Shown here piece by piece: positions 43,088 to 53,425 of a stretch of 64,000 nt of DNA. Below the pieces are notes generated by a model. That model was given only the letters and a program-made list of their open reading frames with translations. It was not told the origin of the DNA and ran no database searches. Within the stretch, counting starts at the first letter, position 1; each line of letters opens with the position of its first letter. A program made the translations under genes and the position numbers. Source of the DNA: Savitreella phatthalungensis (Eukaryota); contig AP039704.1 of assembly GCA_051599415.1 (NCBI GenBank), positions 124,001 to 188,000 of the forward strand. Reading direction: 5' to 3'.

Positions 43088-43801
43088 ATGGAGACTCTTG
43101 CATACTCCCCACTGGTCTCACACATCCTCAAATACACCTCAACCACAGTCGGACGTGACAAAATCTACCGCGCAGTCCAGTACTGGTCAAGATTCTATGC
43201 ATGGTACCTCCTCAGGAAGGGTAAGACACCAGATGTCATCGCACCATGGGCAGCGCTCAAGTCCCACCTCGCACTCTCCCGTAAGCTGATGCGTGTCGGC
43301 AAGAACGTCGAGCACCTCAAGGCTGCATCCCTCCTCATCCAGGAGGCCGGAAAGACCGACCCAATTCTGCGGGCGCTCGGCATCGGACGTCAGCTCGGAT
43401 ATGCAGGATACCTCACCTACGACGTCGCCAACTGGGCACACGGCTCCAAGTTCGTCACGCTGAAGAACAACAAGGAGATCTCAAAGATCGCCGCCCGATT
43501 CTGGTTCACCGGTTTGTCTTGCAACATCGCCGCCGGACTGTACAAGATCTACGTCAACAGACAGCAGCAGCAGGCGATCGCCTCCCGCGCACACACGGAC
43601 GAGAAGAACGTCCAGACCAAGAAGCTGGAGAAGGACCTCTGGGCAGCACAAAAGCAGCTCCTCCAGGACTGCCTCGACATCTGCAACCCAGGAACCTCCA
43701 TCGGACTCTTCAACTTTGACGACGGATTCATCGGTCTCGCCGGTCTCGGCAGCTCTTTCCTCGGCATCGCATCCCAGTGGAAGAAGACTGCTCCAGCCTA
43801 G
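43088..43801 (+). CDS. PEX11: Peroxisomal proliferation protein Pex11
   Basis: TTVGRDKIYRAVQYWSRF, LSRKLMRVGKNVEH, GRQLGYAGYL, QLLQDCLD, DDGFIGLAG, QWKKT. ATG at 43088. Confidence 0.93.
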   Translation: METLAYSPLVSHILKYTSTTVGRDKIYRAVQYWSRFYAWYLLRKGKTPDVIAPWAALKSHLALSRKLMRVGKNVEHLKAASLLIQEAGKTDPILRALGIGRQLGYAGYLTYDVANWAHGSKFVTLKNNKEISKIAARFWFTGLSCNIAAGLYKIYVNRQQQQAIASRAHTDEKNVQTKKLEKDLWAAQKQLLQDCLDICNPGTSIGLFNFDDGFIGLAGLGSSFLGIASQWKKTAPA

Positions 43802-44395
43802 AATTTTCCTTCGTCACATCCCTTTCTTCCCAGCCGACATTCATTCTTCCTTTCTTTCTCGATCCCTCTGTACCCTGGCTTATTACATCAGTCACCATTC
43901 CTTCTTATCAAAACAACCCCCGGCGACACCTGACTTCTCTTCGCTGACTTACACAGTGACAGACCTGTGTCATCACGTCCTCGTTCTCCTTGTTGCTAAC
44001 CTGCCCTGTTCCGACAGCATCTGCTCAGTCACTCAATCATTGCTGCATATTGCTGCACATTCACGTGTCATTGTTTCAGGTGATTGGAAAAACATGTGTG
44101 CGGCGGCAATGCCATCTGACATACGTTCACATGCATAGACGCCTGCTCACTCATCTGCCCACAGAGTGGAAGGACACGCGTGCAAGTATACACATACCTG
44201 CGACGTGTTCAGTCACATCCAGGTGTCGGTCTCTCTATCATTTGCTTGTTTGATTACAGCGCCTACCCAAGTCTCTCATCAGCCGTCAAATTTCGTGACA
44301 CTCCTGGTCTCGTGTGTGTTTAGAGTGATCGGCGTCTCAGAAGAATCACTGAAGAGAATTCCAACGGGAAACTTCAAGTGACCTCACTCCCACCC

Positions 44396-46720
44396 ATGTC
44401 AGACGCTAGCGCTACTGCCACAGACGCTTCTGTCGCTCCACCAGGGGAAGAATTTTTGACTGGAGCTCTCGATCCAGAAAAGGAGACTCAACAGGAAGAA
44501 TCACCACTCGGAGACATGACAGCCGCTGCAATCAATCGCAGTACTCCAAGCGCAGCAACCGACTCTGATCGGCCTGGCGGCACACCTGTCGGCAGTAGCC
44601 TGCGCAAGCGATCTGGCGGTAGTGTGTTTGACCGGCTAGCTTCAACGCCGACGTTGTCGAATCTCGCTAGGGGCCATGTATCAGAGTTTACGCCGACTAG
44701 CTCGCGGGGTCTTGGCTCAGGGACTGCGATTGGCTCACGTAGACAGACTAGTACAGCCACCACGGGACGGAACAACGGTATAGGGACACTAGGGAAAGCG
44801 ACGACGATCACACTCCTGGCGTCGTCATCAGCGCGATCGTCACCAGCCTCGCCAGCAAGAACAAACGTCCTAGGCGTCATGACCCCACCGCCGCGCAGGC
44901 CACCAGGAGTTAGAGGTATCGCCGTACCCACAGGCAATGTCAATACCCCAGCTGCGAGAGACCTCCAGCACCAGCAACAGCTCGCAGACATGAAGAACCA
45001 AGTCAACAGCCTCGTCCGAGATCTCGAGCAGGCACACAAAAACACGGCTGATGCGCAGACCGCAAGAGATCAGTTGCAGGCGCAGCTGAACGAAGCGACG
45101 ATCGCACGTGACGCCGTAGTGGCGGAGCTAGAAGCGTCGCAGGCCAAATTGCGTGAGGCCGAGACGAAAGTAGGCGAGGTTGAAGCTCGTGAGGTGTCGC
45201 TGTCGGCAGATCATCATGCAGAGCTAGCGCGTCTCCAGGCTTTAATCTTGGACGCCCAACATCTCCGCGATGCACTCAACAAGAGTCTCTCAGACAAAAT
45301 CGCACTCCACAATCAAGTCGTCTCTCGGAAAGCCGAGCTGGAAGCGGACCTCGTCAAACGTCAACGAGCATTGAGCGAGTTGGCTGGAATATCAGCAGAG
45401 CTCTTGACAAGCCTGAGTGGCAATACCGTGCCAAGTGTGTCCGTTGAAGACGGCGAGTGCGGTCAACTCATTGCGCAGCTTCGCGAGGCGATCGACCAGA
45501 GTAGCGCGATCGAGAGAGAGCGTGAGGAATTTGCATCGACGATCGGTGTGCTCAAGTCAGCTCACGCGGAAGAGATCCGACGGACAAGTGAACAACATGC
45601 TCGAGATCTCGACAATGCCAAGCGCTCATCGACCGCGTTGCAAGATGAAGTGTCGAGAATCTTGGAGGACGCGTCAAGACATGCAGAACGCGCTCAGCAG
45701 CTCGACAAGCAGCTCGTCAGCGCTCAAGCCAAGCACACCGAGTACGATCAAATGCTAAAGGACTTACAGGAGAGATTCCAATCCCTGGAGACAGCTAAGA
45801 AGGAAGGCGAGTCTGCGGCAGCACGAGAGGTACAACAAGCGCAAAGCGCTGCTGCGGAACTTCGTGATTCACATAGCGCGATTCAGAAGGAGTTGGAGGC
45901 GCTTCGAGAGCAGATTGAGATAGAGGCTGCAGCACGTGATGCAGCTGGTGATGAGTCGCAGAAGAAGCTCGATTCACTGGAGCGAGCAATCGCAGATGAG
46001 AAGACGGCAAAGACACAATCACAGGAGAGTCTAGCTGAATTGACTAAACGGTTGACCGACTCTGAACGTCGAGAAAGGGAGCTGCTCGAAACGCATGCCA
46101 CTCGACAAGCCTCGCTTCAGAGAGAGCTCGACGATGCAGTCACTTGCCTGCTCCAACAAGACGCAACGCACGAGCAGCGCGTTCGAGAACTAGAGAGCGC
46201 AAACGCAGCAGCCAAAGAAGCTCAAGCAGCAGCAGAGCAACGCGCACTCGATATGCTCGAGCGTGTTCAGCAAGTCGACGAAGTCCAACACAAGTACGAT
46301 GCCCTATTTGCCGAATTGCAGCTTTTCAAGTCTCAAAGCACACACAGTGAGGGCTCTGATGCCGTCAAACATGACAAACAGCAGCAGCAGCATGACGAGG
46401 CAGAAGAGACGTTTGTGACGGCAGATCACCCGGGCACCAGCTTACTTGCAGAGCATGATCACTCGAGTATCAACAACGTCACTCCACCGATCGATGCAAG
46501 CACTCCGCCCAAACCCACAATCCCACACCCAGTCGAACCATTGCTTGTCCCCGAAGCATCGAATAACCAAGGCGTCTCGGGATTCTCGACACCGTCCCCC
46601 TTGCCATCACCCATCAAGCACGATCAAGAGAGCACAAAGAGTCAGAAAGAGCAGTCATCATCAGGAACACCGAGTAGCCAGGATGACAAGGCAAGTCAGA
46701 AGGATCATGATGAGAAGTAG
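44396..46720 (+). CDS. Long coiled-coil protein of unknown function (774 aa)
   Basis: Basic S/T/P/R-rich N-terminus, roughly 450 aa of heptad-rich E/Q/A/L sequence, and a P/S-rich tail. No family recognised. Confidence 0.75.
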   Translation: MSDASATATDASVAPPGEEFLTGALDPEKETQQEESPLGDMTAAAINRSTPSAATDSDRPGGTPVGSSLRKRSGGSVFDRLASTPTLSNLARGHVSEFTPTSSRGLGSGTAIGSRRQTSTATTGRNNGIGTLGKATTITLLASSSARSSPASPARTNVLGVMTPPPRRPPGVRGIAVPTGNVNTPAARDLQHQQQLADMKNQVNSLVRDLEQAHKNTADAQTARDQLQAQLNEATIARDAVVAELEASQAKLREAETKVGEVEAREVSLSADHHAELARLQALILDAQHLRDALNKSLSDKIALHNQVVSRKAELEADLVKRQRALSELAGISAELLTSLSGNTVPSVSVEDGECGQLIAQLREAIDQSSAIEREREEFASTIGVLKSAHAEEIRRTSEQHARDLDNAKRSSTALQDEVSRILEDASRHAERAQQLDKQLVSAQAKHTEYDQMLKDLQERFQSLETAKKEGESAAAREVQQAQSAAAELRDSHSAIQKELEALREQIEIEAAARDAAGDESQKKLDSLERAIADEKTAKTQSQESLAELTKRLTDSERRERELLETHATRQASLQRELDDAVTCLLQQDATHEQRVRELESANAAAKEAQAAAEQRALDMLERVQQVDEVQHKYDALFAELQLFKSQSTHSEGSDAVKHDKQQQQHDEAEETFVTADHPGTSLLAEHDHSSINNVTPPIDASTPPKPTIPHPVEPLLVPEASNNQGVSGFSTPSPLPSPIKHDQESTKSQKEQSSSGTPSSQDDKASQKDHDEK

Positions 46721-47009
46721 TTGTCCCAGTCAGCCACTCCGGTCACTCAGACAGACAGTTATAGTCGGTCGTGCATCTTTTTTTTTATCTTCATTCAGAA
46801 TTTCCAGAGTGATGATGGCTGGCACAAAATGAAAGTTGACCTGTCACACACAACATATATACGCTTATCCTGTCTCGCTCGGCCTGTGGGGAATCCCACG
46901 ACGTCACTAACACCTTCACTCTCGCCAGTCAAGGGGGGCAAGAGTACCGCATCTGCTGTATGGTCCGGTGACAAGCTATCTCGCGTGGGGTATTGGCATC
47001 AGGATCGAG

Positions 47010-47930
47010 ATGGGGATACAGGGCAGAGAGGTGCTCGAGGTGATCGATGGGCTTCTGCCTGGGTCACTGCGACTGTGGGTGATCGGTCTGACGTCCCTGC
47101 TGGCGTACTACATCAACTCGCTGTTTGTGGTGCGTCAGACTACGGTCGTACCAAAGGGGAAAGGGTTCCTCCTCGTCATCGCACATCCGGACGACGAATG
47201 CATGTTCTTCTCACCAGCCATCACAGGTCTCCTGGCAGGCGGCAACACAGTCGGCGTCCTGTGTCTGAGCACGGGCGACTACGATGGCCTAGGCGCCATC
47301 CGGCCGAAGGAGTTGTTGGGAAGCTGTCAGACGCTCGGCTGCAAACCGAGCGAGGTCGCCTGCATGGATAACCCACACCTCAAGGACGACTTCAAAAAAC
47401 CCTGGCAGGCAAACCACGTCGCAGACCAAATCCGTGACTACCTCATACAACGAACCCAAGAAAACAGACCCAATATCGACGCCTTCATCACATTCGACCA
47501 GCACGGTGTATCACAACATCCAAACCACTGCTCGCTCCTGGACGGCGTGCGGCAGTATGCTAGTGGACAGAGGAGCCGGAGCTCCGGTGGGAAGGGGAAG
47601 CTGAATGCGAAGGTGGAGGTGGGCAGTGGAAAGGTGATGCCTGTGTGGAAGCTGCTGACGATCTCGCGGTGGAGGAAGTTTATAGGGATCTTTGACGCCG
47701 CAGTGACCGTCATCCTAGTCACCATCAGAGTCGCCTCCCTCCGCAACTCACAACTACCCAAGGGCATCGACAAGCGAGACAAATTCATGTGCTTCATGGC
47801 AGATCCAATCCAGGCAATCACCGGACAGAGAGCTATGACCAAGCACGCTACACAGATGGTCTGGTTCAGGTGGTTCTGGATCATCATCGGTAGGTACATG
47901 TACATCAACGAGCTCGAGCAAGTGTTCTAG
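47010..47930 (+). CDS. GPI12: GlcNAc-PI de-N-acetylase (PIG-L)
   Basis: N-terminal TM anchor, LLVIAHPDDECMFFSP, CLSTG, ITFDQHGVSQHPNH, AMTKHATQMVWFRWF, RYMYINEL. Confidence 0.93.
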   Translation: MGIQGREVLEVIDGLLPGSLRLWVIGLTSLLAYYINSLFVVRQTTVVPKGKGFLLVIAHPDDECMFFSPAITGLLAGGNTVGVLCLSTGDYDGLGAIRPKELLGSCQTLGCKPSEVACMDNPHLKDDFKKPWQANHVADQIRDYLIQRTQENRPNIDAFITFDQHGVSQHPNHCSLLDGVRQYASGQRSRSSGGKGKLNAKVEVGSGKVMPVWKLLTISRWRKFIGIFDAAVTVILVTIRVASLRNSQLPKGIDKRDKFMCFMADPIQAITGQRAMTKHATQMVWFRWFWIIIGRYMYINELEQVF

Positions 47931-48305
47931 GTATGGAAGCTAGCGTGACCGAATGTAAAGCAATCGATGATCGAACTCGATGACTGACTGTCCGAGTGAA
48001 TGGCTGACTGACTGACTTGACTTGAGTGACATTCGTCTCTGTTGTCTGTGACTGGGTGGTTGTACATCGTTGTAGGCTGTGCTGTGCTGTGCTGTGCTGT
48101 GGTGTGGTGAACGGTGTGACTCCACCTGAATCGGCAAATGTCACAAATTAAACTCAATTCAGATCAACCCATCTCACAACACTATACTGTACTACCTACC
48201 ACACACGTACCACTACAACACTCTCTCTCTCTTTCTTCAAAGCAACACTCTCATCTTCTACCTCCTTCTTCTCCTTCGTCATCTGAGTCCTAACCATCTT
48301 CTACA

Positions 48306-48883
48306 ATGTCCTTCACCGTCACTCGCTCACTCTTGAACCGCAGCATTCCAACAATCGCTCGTTCCACAGTCATCAAGTCTTCACCTTCCACCCGCGCTTT
48401 CACAGCCGCCTCATTCCGTCTCGCAAGTAAGTCCTCACTCTGCCCACTCTCCATTCGCCCACTAGAGCACCGAATTGACGCTTCTCTCCTCTAGCCCGCA
48501 AGGCATACACGCCCCAACACGAGTGGATCTCCGTAGACCTGGACACGCGGGTCGGTACAGTCGGTGTGACAGAGTACGCTCAGAAGCAGCTTGGTGATGT
48601 CGTCTACTGCGAGGTTGTCGAGGTCGGAACTGCTGTCGAGCGAGGTGAGTCTCTCGGTGCGGTGGAGAGCGTCAAGTCAGCCTCAGACATCTACGCACCT
48701 GTCTCTGGAGAACTGATCGAGATGAACCCGGCACTCGCAGACAAGCCATCCACCATCAACAAGGCGGCAGAAGGCGAAGGCTGGCTCGCAAAGATCAAGT
48801 GCAACGAAGACGTCACCGACGAACTAGACCAGCTCCTCGACGCTGACGCCTACGCAAGCCACTGTCAGGGAGAGGAGCACTAA
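48306..48883 (+). CDS. GCV3: Glycine cleavage system H protein, 169 aa, 2 exons (48306-48426, 48495-48883)
   Basis: A 68-nt intron 48427-48494 (GTAAGT..TTGAC..TAG) joins a mitochondrial presequence to YTPQHEWI..VGVTEYAQKQLGDVVY. Lipoyl-Lys motif VESVKSASD. Confidence 0.95.
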
Positions 48884-49209
48884 ATGTCCACTCACACATC
48901 ACACATCATACACCTCACAGCCTTTCTCCATTCACAGAATAGTAACGCCAATGCCATTTCCAACCCATGACATCCAGACGACGCCGTGACCTTGATCTAC
49001 TGAGCGTCGGGCGTATTGCTTGACCTTGTGCATTCGATCTAGCTGTGGTTTGTGGTACGGTGACCGGCAGTTTTGTGGAGAAGGCCTCTGACGACACACA
49101 TTCACATTGAACACAAATCCCACGATTGACCCCGTCTCTTATCCTGTAGGCGGATCACGACGCGCTATGCGTACTTAGGCTCTTGCACTGAGACATCGCT
49201 CCTAAAGCA

Positions 49210-51453
49210 ATGTCTTGGAGCCTGCTTACACGCGCAGAAGGCTTCCTAGATCGAGTCCTAGATGACGGTGGGACACCCGATCCGACTGCGGCTGCAGCGT
49301 CGACCTCTGCCTCAGCGTCCCCCGTCAAGCCCCGCGGCAGCAGCGAGGCCGCCCGTCCGAGCACACGGACAGATGCCGGTACAGCTAACGGGCCGGTCAG
49401 ACTGTCCCTGGCAGAACGGCTTGCACGCGCGACAGCCGTAAAGACCTCCAGCACCGTGTCATCCACAAGTCGGCCTGCCTCTCCTGCAGTACCTATACCA
49501 GCACCGGCGCCTCCACCGGTAGCTTCGACGTCTACTGTAACACCTGAGCTGACGGAACTCCAGCGGTCAGCGGTCTTCCCATGCAACATGCCTCACGTCC
49601 TTCCCGACCAGAGCCAGATACATAACGAACCTCTTCCTGCTCCGTCCACTCCTCCGCCAGCGCACGCAGGCACAATACCACGGGACACTACACCGCCCGA
49701 TGCTGCAGGGACAATCGCACAGCTACAGGCAGACCTACAAGCGTGTGAGAAGCGACGTGTGGACGAGCTTCACACAGCTGCAGAGCGGATCTCTTCACTC
49801 GAAGGCAAGCTATCGTACTACACTGCAGCGAAAGAGGCTGACGCTCGATTGGCCTCGATCTCCGGATCGGTTGATGGGGTGCGTGCTGAATTGGAAGGGC
49901 GGATTGCAGGGCTGGTGCGTGAGGGTGAGGCGCTGGCGAAGCGTGAAGGTGAGGCGCTGGAGGCTGCGCGGAAGCATAAGGCGCGGTGTGGTGAGCTGGA
50001 GTCGCTGATTGGGGCGTCGCTGAAAGCTGTGGAGAAGTCCGAGGGGACGCAGTCGCAGCTGAAGAAGGAGCTTGCCGCCGCAAGAGAAGCACGGACAGCA
50101 GCCGAGCGCAAGGCCAGGCAACTCGAACGCATCGAGTCACACGCCCAAGACCTCACCAAGTCAAAAGCAGATCTCCAAGGAAAACTCACCGAAGCAGAAC
50201 GCAAACTCAGAGACACAGCGCGCTCAGCATCCCAGGCAACCTCCCTCGCCACACAGCTAGACACACACAAGGACAGACTTGCGAAGCTAGAGGCCCGTGT
50301 ACAGGAACTGCTCTCGGACGCAAAGGCGACTGCTGAGGAGAATGCTTTGGAGCTGTCTGCGGTTCAGGCGAAGCTGGACCGGGCTGTTGAGCGGGGTGCT
50401 CAGGCTGATCGTGAGCACGCGGTCGAGGTCGGTCGGTTGGAAAGCCAGCTCGAGAGTGTTCGAGCTCGACTTGAGGACTCGTCCACTGGGTCTGACGCTC
50501 AGGGCACCACTCGCCTCCTCCGCCAGATCGAGACCCTCCAGCACGACCACGCCGCCTCAGCAGCCAACCTGCAGCTGATCGAGCGCGCTCTCGAACGCCG
50601 AGCCATCGACGCAGAAACCGACCGCGACCGTCTGACCGCCATCGAAGAATCCCTGCGAAAGCGCGTGCGCGAGGACGCAAAGCGTCTAGCAAACCTAGAC
50701 GAAGCCCTAGCACATCAGACCACCCTCACCGACACCGCTGGTCGCGAGTTAGCAGACCTGCGTGAGCAATTAGCGACTGCAGTAGCGGGGGCCGATGGCG
50801 CACGGCAGGCGCTCGCTGACGCGACGGCTGCATGGGAGACTGAACGACGCGAGCGCGCTGCTGCTGCTGCTGCTGCGGTTGTAAGCCGTGAGGATGTGTC
50901 TGTGGGTTCGCCAAAGGTGTCGTCACCGGCGGCAGGTTACTTCGGCTTCGTTCACCGCAGACCACCAAGGCAATCACGACACCCATCCACCTCCCCATCC
51001 TTCATTTCCTCTGCCGACGACGACAACGACGACGATAATTTCTCAGAAGGTACACGCACACAGGTCAACCACCGTCACTCAAGGAGGCCCTCACTCGCCT
51101 CACCTTCAGCAGTCGCAGTCGGAGAGGTCGGGTCTGGGAATGTAGGCTTGCTGGAGAGGCTTGCAGGCCAGGTGAGGCGGTTGGAAGGTGAGTTGCTGCT
51201 GGAGCGAGAGGAGAAGGTTAGGGTGTGTGGTCAGAGGGATGATGCGAGGGCGATGCTGGTGGAGATGGATGGGTTGAGGAAGCAGGCAGACAAGGTCGAT
51301 CAGCTTGAAGGGGAGATGAAAAAGTTGCAGGAGAGATTCGAGAAGACCTTGGAGTTGCTAGGACAGCAAACAGAGGAAAACGATCAACTCAAAGAGGATA
51401 TCAGCGACATGAAGCAAGCATACAGACTCGATATGGACAAAAGATTTACTTAA
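49210..51453 (+). CDS. SGM1: Golgin Sgm1/TMF1 (TATA-element modulatory factor family)
   Basis: N-terminal MSW..AEGFLDRVL, GLVREGEALAK, LLRQIETLQ, and the C-terminal TMF domain LLERLAGQVRRLEGE...LELLGQQTEENDQLKEDISDMK. Confidence 0.82.
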   Translation: MSWSLLTRAEGFLDRVLDDGGTPDPTAAAASTSASASPVKPRGSSEAARPSTRTDAGTANGPVRLSLAERLARATAVKTSSTVSSTSRPASPAVPIPAPAPPPVASTSTVTPELTELQRSAVFPCNMPHVLPDQSQIHNEPLPAPSTPPPAHAGTIPRDTTPPDAAGTIAQLQADLQACEKRRVDELHTAAERISSLEGKLSYYTAAKEADARLASISGSVDGVRAELEGRIAGLVREGEALAKREGEALEAARKHKARCGELESLIGASLKAVEKSEGTQSQLKKELAAAREARTAAERKARQLERIESHAQDLTKSKADLQGKLTEAERKLRDTARSASQATSLATQLDTHKDRLAKLEARVQELLSDAKATAEENALELSAVQAKLDRAVERGAQADREHAVEVGRLESQLESVRARLEDSSTGSDAQGTTRLLRQIETLQHDHAASAANLQLIERALERRAIDAETDRDRLTAIEESLRKRVREDAKRLANLDEALAHQTTLTDTAGRELADLREQLATAVAGADGARQALADATAAWETERRERAAAAAAAVVSREDVSVGSPKVSSPAAGYFGFVHRRPPRQSRHPSTSPSFISSADDDNDDDNFSEGTRTQVNHRHSRRPSLASPSAVAVGEVGSGNVGLLERLAGQVRRLEGELLLEREEKVRVCGQRDDARAMLVEMDGLRKQADKVDQLEGEMKKLQERFEKTLELLGQQTEENDQLKEDISDMKQAYRLDMDKRFT

Positions 51454-51475
51454 TCGGGCATCGTCCTCCCGCAAC

Positions 51476-53425
51476 CTACAACTTTGCCGATAAAGACATC
51501 GACTCCGACTTTCGTAGCTTCTCTAGTTGCCTTAGCACGTTACGCCGGATCTTGCCACTCACAGTTTTTGGTAGTCTCTGGACAATCTCGATCTCGCGCG
51601 GGTACTTGTAAGGTGCTGCAGTCCTCTTGACGTGTGCTTGGAGTTCTTGAGTGAGTGCTTTGAGTTTGGCTTGGTCTAGGACGTTGTGGATGGCTTTGAA
51701 GTCTGATAGATCTGCTTCTGCTTCTGCTGCGATGAGTGCCTGTGATCTTGGTTTCGGGGCTGGCTGGAGGAGGGTGGTGGTGGTGGAAGGGGACGAGAGG
51801 AGGGAATGCCAGACTGCAGGGGTGACGACGATGAAGGCCTTGACGACCAAGTCGCGCTCGCGGTCAGGCGAGCCGACAGCAGCAGACTCAACCACAGCAG
51901 CGTGCTCACGAAGCGCAGACTCAACCTCAAATGGACCGATCCGGTACCCGGCACTGTTGATAACATCGTCATCGCGACCGACGAACCAAAGGTAGCCCTG
52001 TTGGTCGAGCGTCGCTCGATCGCCCGTTGGGTAGTACGATCTTGATGACCAGCTTTGTTGCGGATCTGGGGTGAGCGGCTGGGGTGGTGGGTGGGTGGGG
52101 TCCGGTATGATCGTGGAGGGCGGGATGGACGGGGTGGTGCGTGTCGGGCGCTGGAGTGAATCGGTGGAGGGATCCCAGTAACCGAGGAATATGAAGTGGT
52201 CTGACTGGGTGGTGACACCGGTGGCACGATCGGTTTCGGAAGTGACGATGGCGAGATCACCCTCTGAGACGCCATCAGGAGGTAGCTCGTTGCCGTCAGC
52301 GTCAATGACGGCTAGCGTGATGCCGGGCATCGCTTGACCCATCGACCCAGGTCGTACGGTGACGTTAGTCGAGTTGGCACAGACGCAGATCGTTTCCGTC
52401 TGACCGAAAGCGTCACGAATCGTCAATCCCGTTGCCTTTCGCCATAGATCGATGACACTGGCATTGAGCGGCTCGCCCGCGCCACAGCAGTGAACGAGCG
52501 CTTTTGGAGGGAGGGAGGCGAGCTGTGTGAGAGCGGTCGCTGTGCAGAGCTGGCGGTAGACTGTCGGCGCTGCGCAGAGGGTGGTGATTGGATATGTGTG
52601 GAGGGTTTTCAGGGTATCGGAAACACTGAAAGGACCGCGGAGGTCTTGGACGAAGAGCGCCGCACCATTCGTCCACGCTCCGCAGACAGACCAGCCGGCC
52701 TTTGCCCAGCCTTGCTCGCTCATATTCCAATAGATCTTGCCTGGGCACAGATCGAGCCAGTGCTTGCCTGTGAGGGAGTGACCAAGCGCGTAAGAGACCT
52801 GGGAGTGGAGGACTGCTTTTGGGTTGCCTGTCGTGCCGGAGGTGAAGTAAAGGAGGGCTGGGTCTGACGCACGCGTCTGGACGCCTTTGAATGACGCAGA
52901 TCTGGCCGCAGCGGCCGATATGAGAGTGCTGTAGTCAAGTCTGCCGTGACCGTGTTGAGAAGCATCTGCAGACATGTCTTCTGGATCCCGGATGCAGATG
53001 CGCTTCAGGTTGGACAAGGTGGACGCCTCGGGGTCGGCTGCGATCGCGCGTTCGAGCTTCGAGAGAGCGTCGTGGTCTGCAAAGATGTGGGTCGCTCTGG
53101 CCTTGCGAACGCGATACAGGAGATCTTTGCCGACGAGGAGGGTGGTGCATGGTGCTGGAATCGCTCCCAGGCGTGAGAGCGCAGTGAAGACGATCCACCA
53201 CTCAGCCCAGCGCGGAAGCACCATGATGACAACGTCTCCTCGCCGTACTCCGGCCTCTTTCAGGGCAGTAGCAGCCACGATTGAAGCCTTGGCAATGTCT
53301 GCAAATGTATGCCGGGAGACGGTTCCCCCGCTGGAGACGTGCATGAGCGCGAGCCGAGAGACATCCTGCGCCGCTTGCTTATCGACAACATCGACAGCGA
53401 AGTTGTAGTACTCTGGCGGGGTCAT
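51476..53425 (-). CDS. Medium-chain acyl-CoA synthetase (ACSM-like AMP-binding enzyme) with PTS1
   Basis: YNFAVDV, YFTSGTTGNPK, GWAK, AGEPLN, FGQTET, TGDR, GRDDDVINSAGYRIGPFEVES, YKYPREIE, LPKTVSGKIRR. Ends in -AKL. First ATG at 53425; frame open to TTG 53569. Confidence 0.9.
   Translation of the reverse strand: MTPPEYYNFAVDVVDKQAAQDVSRLALMHVSSGGTVSRHTFADIAKASIVAATALKEAGVRRGDVVIMVLPRWAEWWIVFTALSRLGAIPAPCTTLLVGKDLLYRVRKARATHIFADHDALSKLERAIAADPEASTLSNLKRICIRDPEDMSADASQHGHGRLDYSTLISAAAARSASFKGVQTRASDPALLYFTSGTTGNPKAVLHSQVSYALGHSLTGKHWLDLCPGKIYWNMSEQGWAKAGWSVCGAWTNGAALFVQDLRGPFSVSDTLKTLHTYPITTLCAAPTVYRQLCTATALTQLASLPPKALVHCCGAGEPLNASVIDLWRKATGLTIRDAFGQTETICVCANSTNVTVRPGSMGQAMPGITLAVIDADGNELPPDGVSEGDLAIVTSETDRATGVTTQSDHFIFLGYWDPSTDSLQRPTRTTPSIPPSTIIPDPTHPPPQPLTPDPQQSWSSRSYYPTGDRATLDQQGYLWFVGRDDDVINSAGYRIGPFEVESALREHAAVVESAAVGSPDRERDLVVKAFIVVTPAVWHSLLSSPSTTTTLLQPAPKPRSQALIAAEAEADLSDFKAIHNVLDQAKLKALTQELQAHVKRTAAPYKYPREIEIVQRLPKTVSGKIRRNVLRQLEKLRKSESMSLSAKL

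Noticed and set aside
46721..47371. 216-aa ORF starting right after the coiled-coil stop, suggesting readthrough
   Set aside because: It starts at a TTG, overlaps GPI12 in another frame and has no protein-like features. No evidence for readthrough.
10139..48883. Functional pairs HEM25/GCV3 (glycine), TUB2/GIM5 (tubulin folding) and PEX11/ACSM (peroxisome) as gene clusters
   Set aside because: Separated by 8-37 kb and many unrelated genes. Such pairs are easy to find after the fact.
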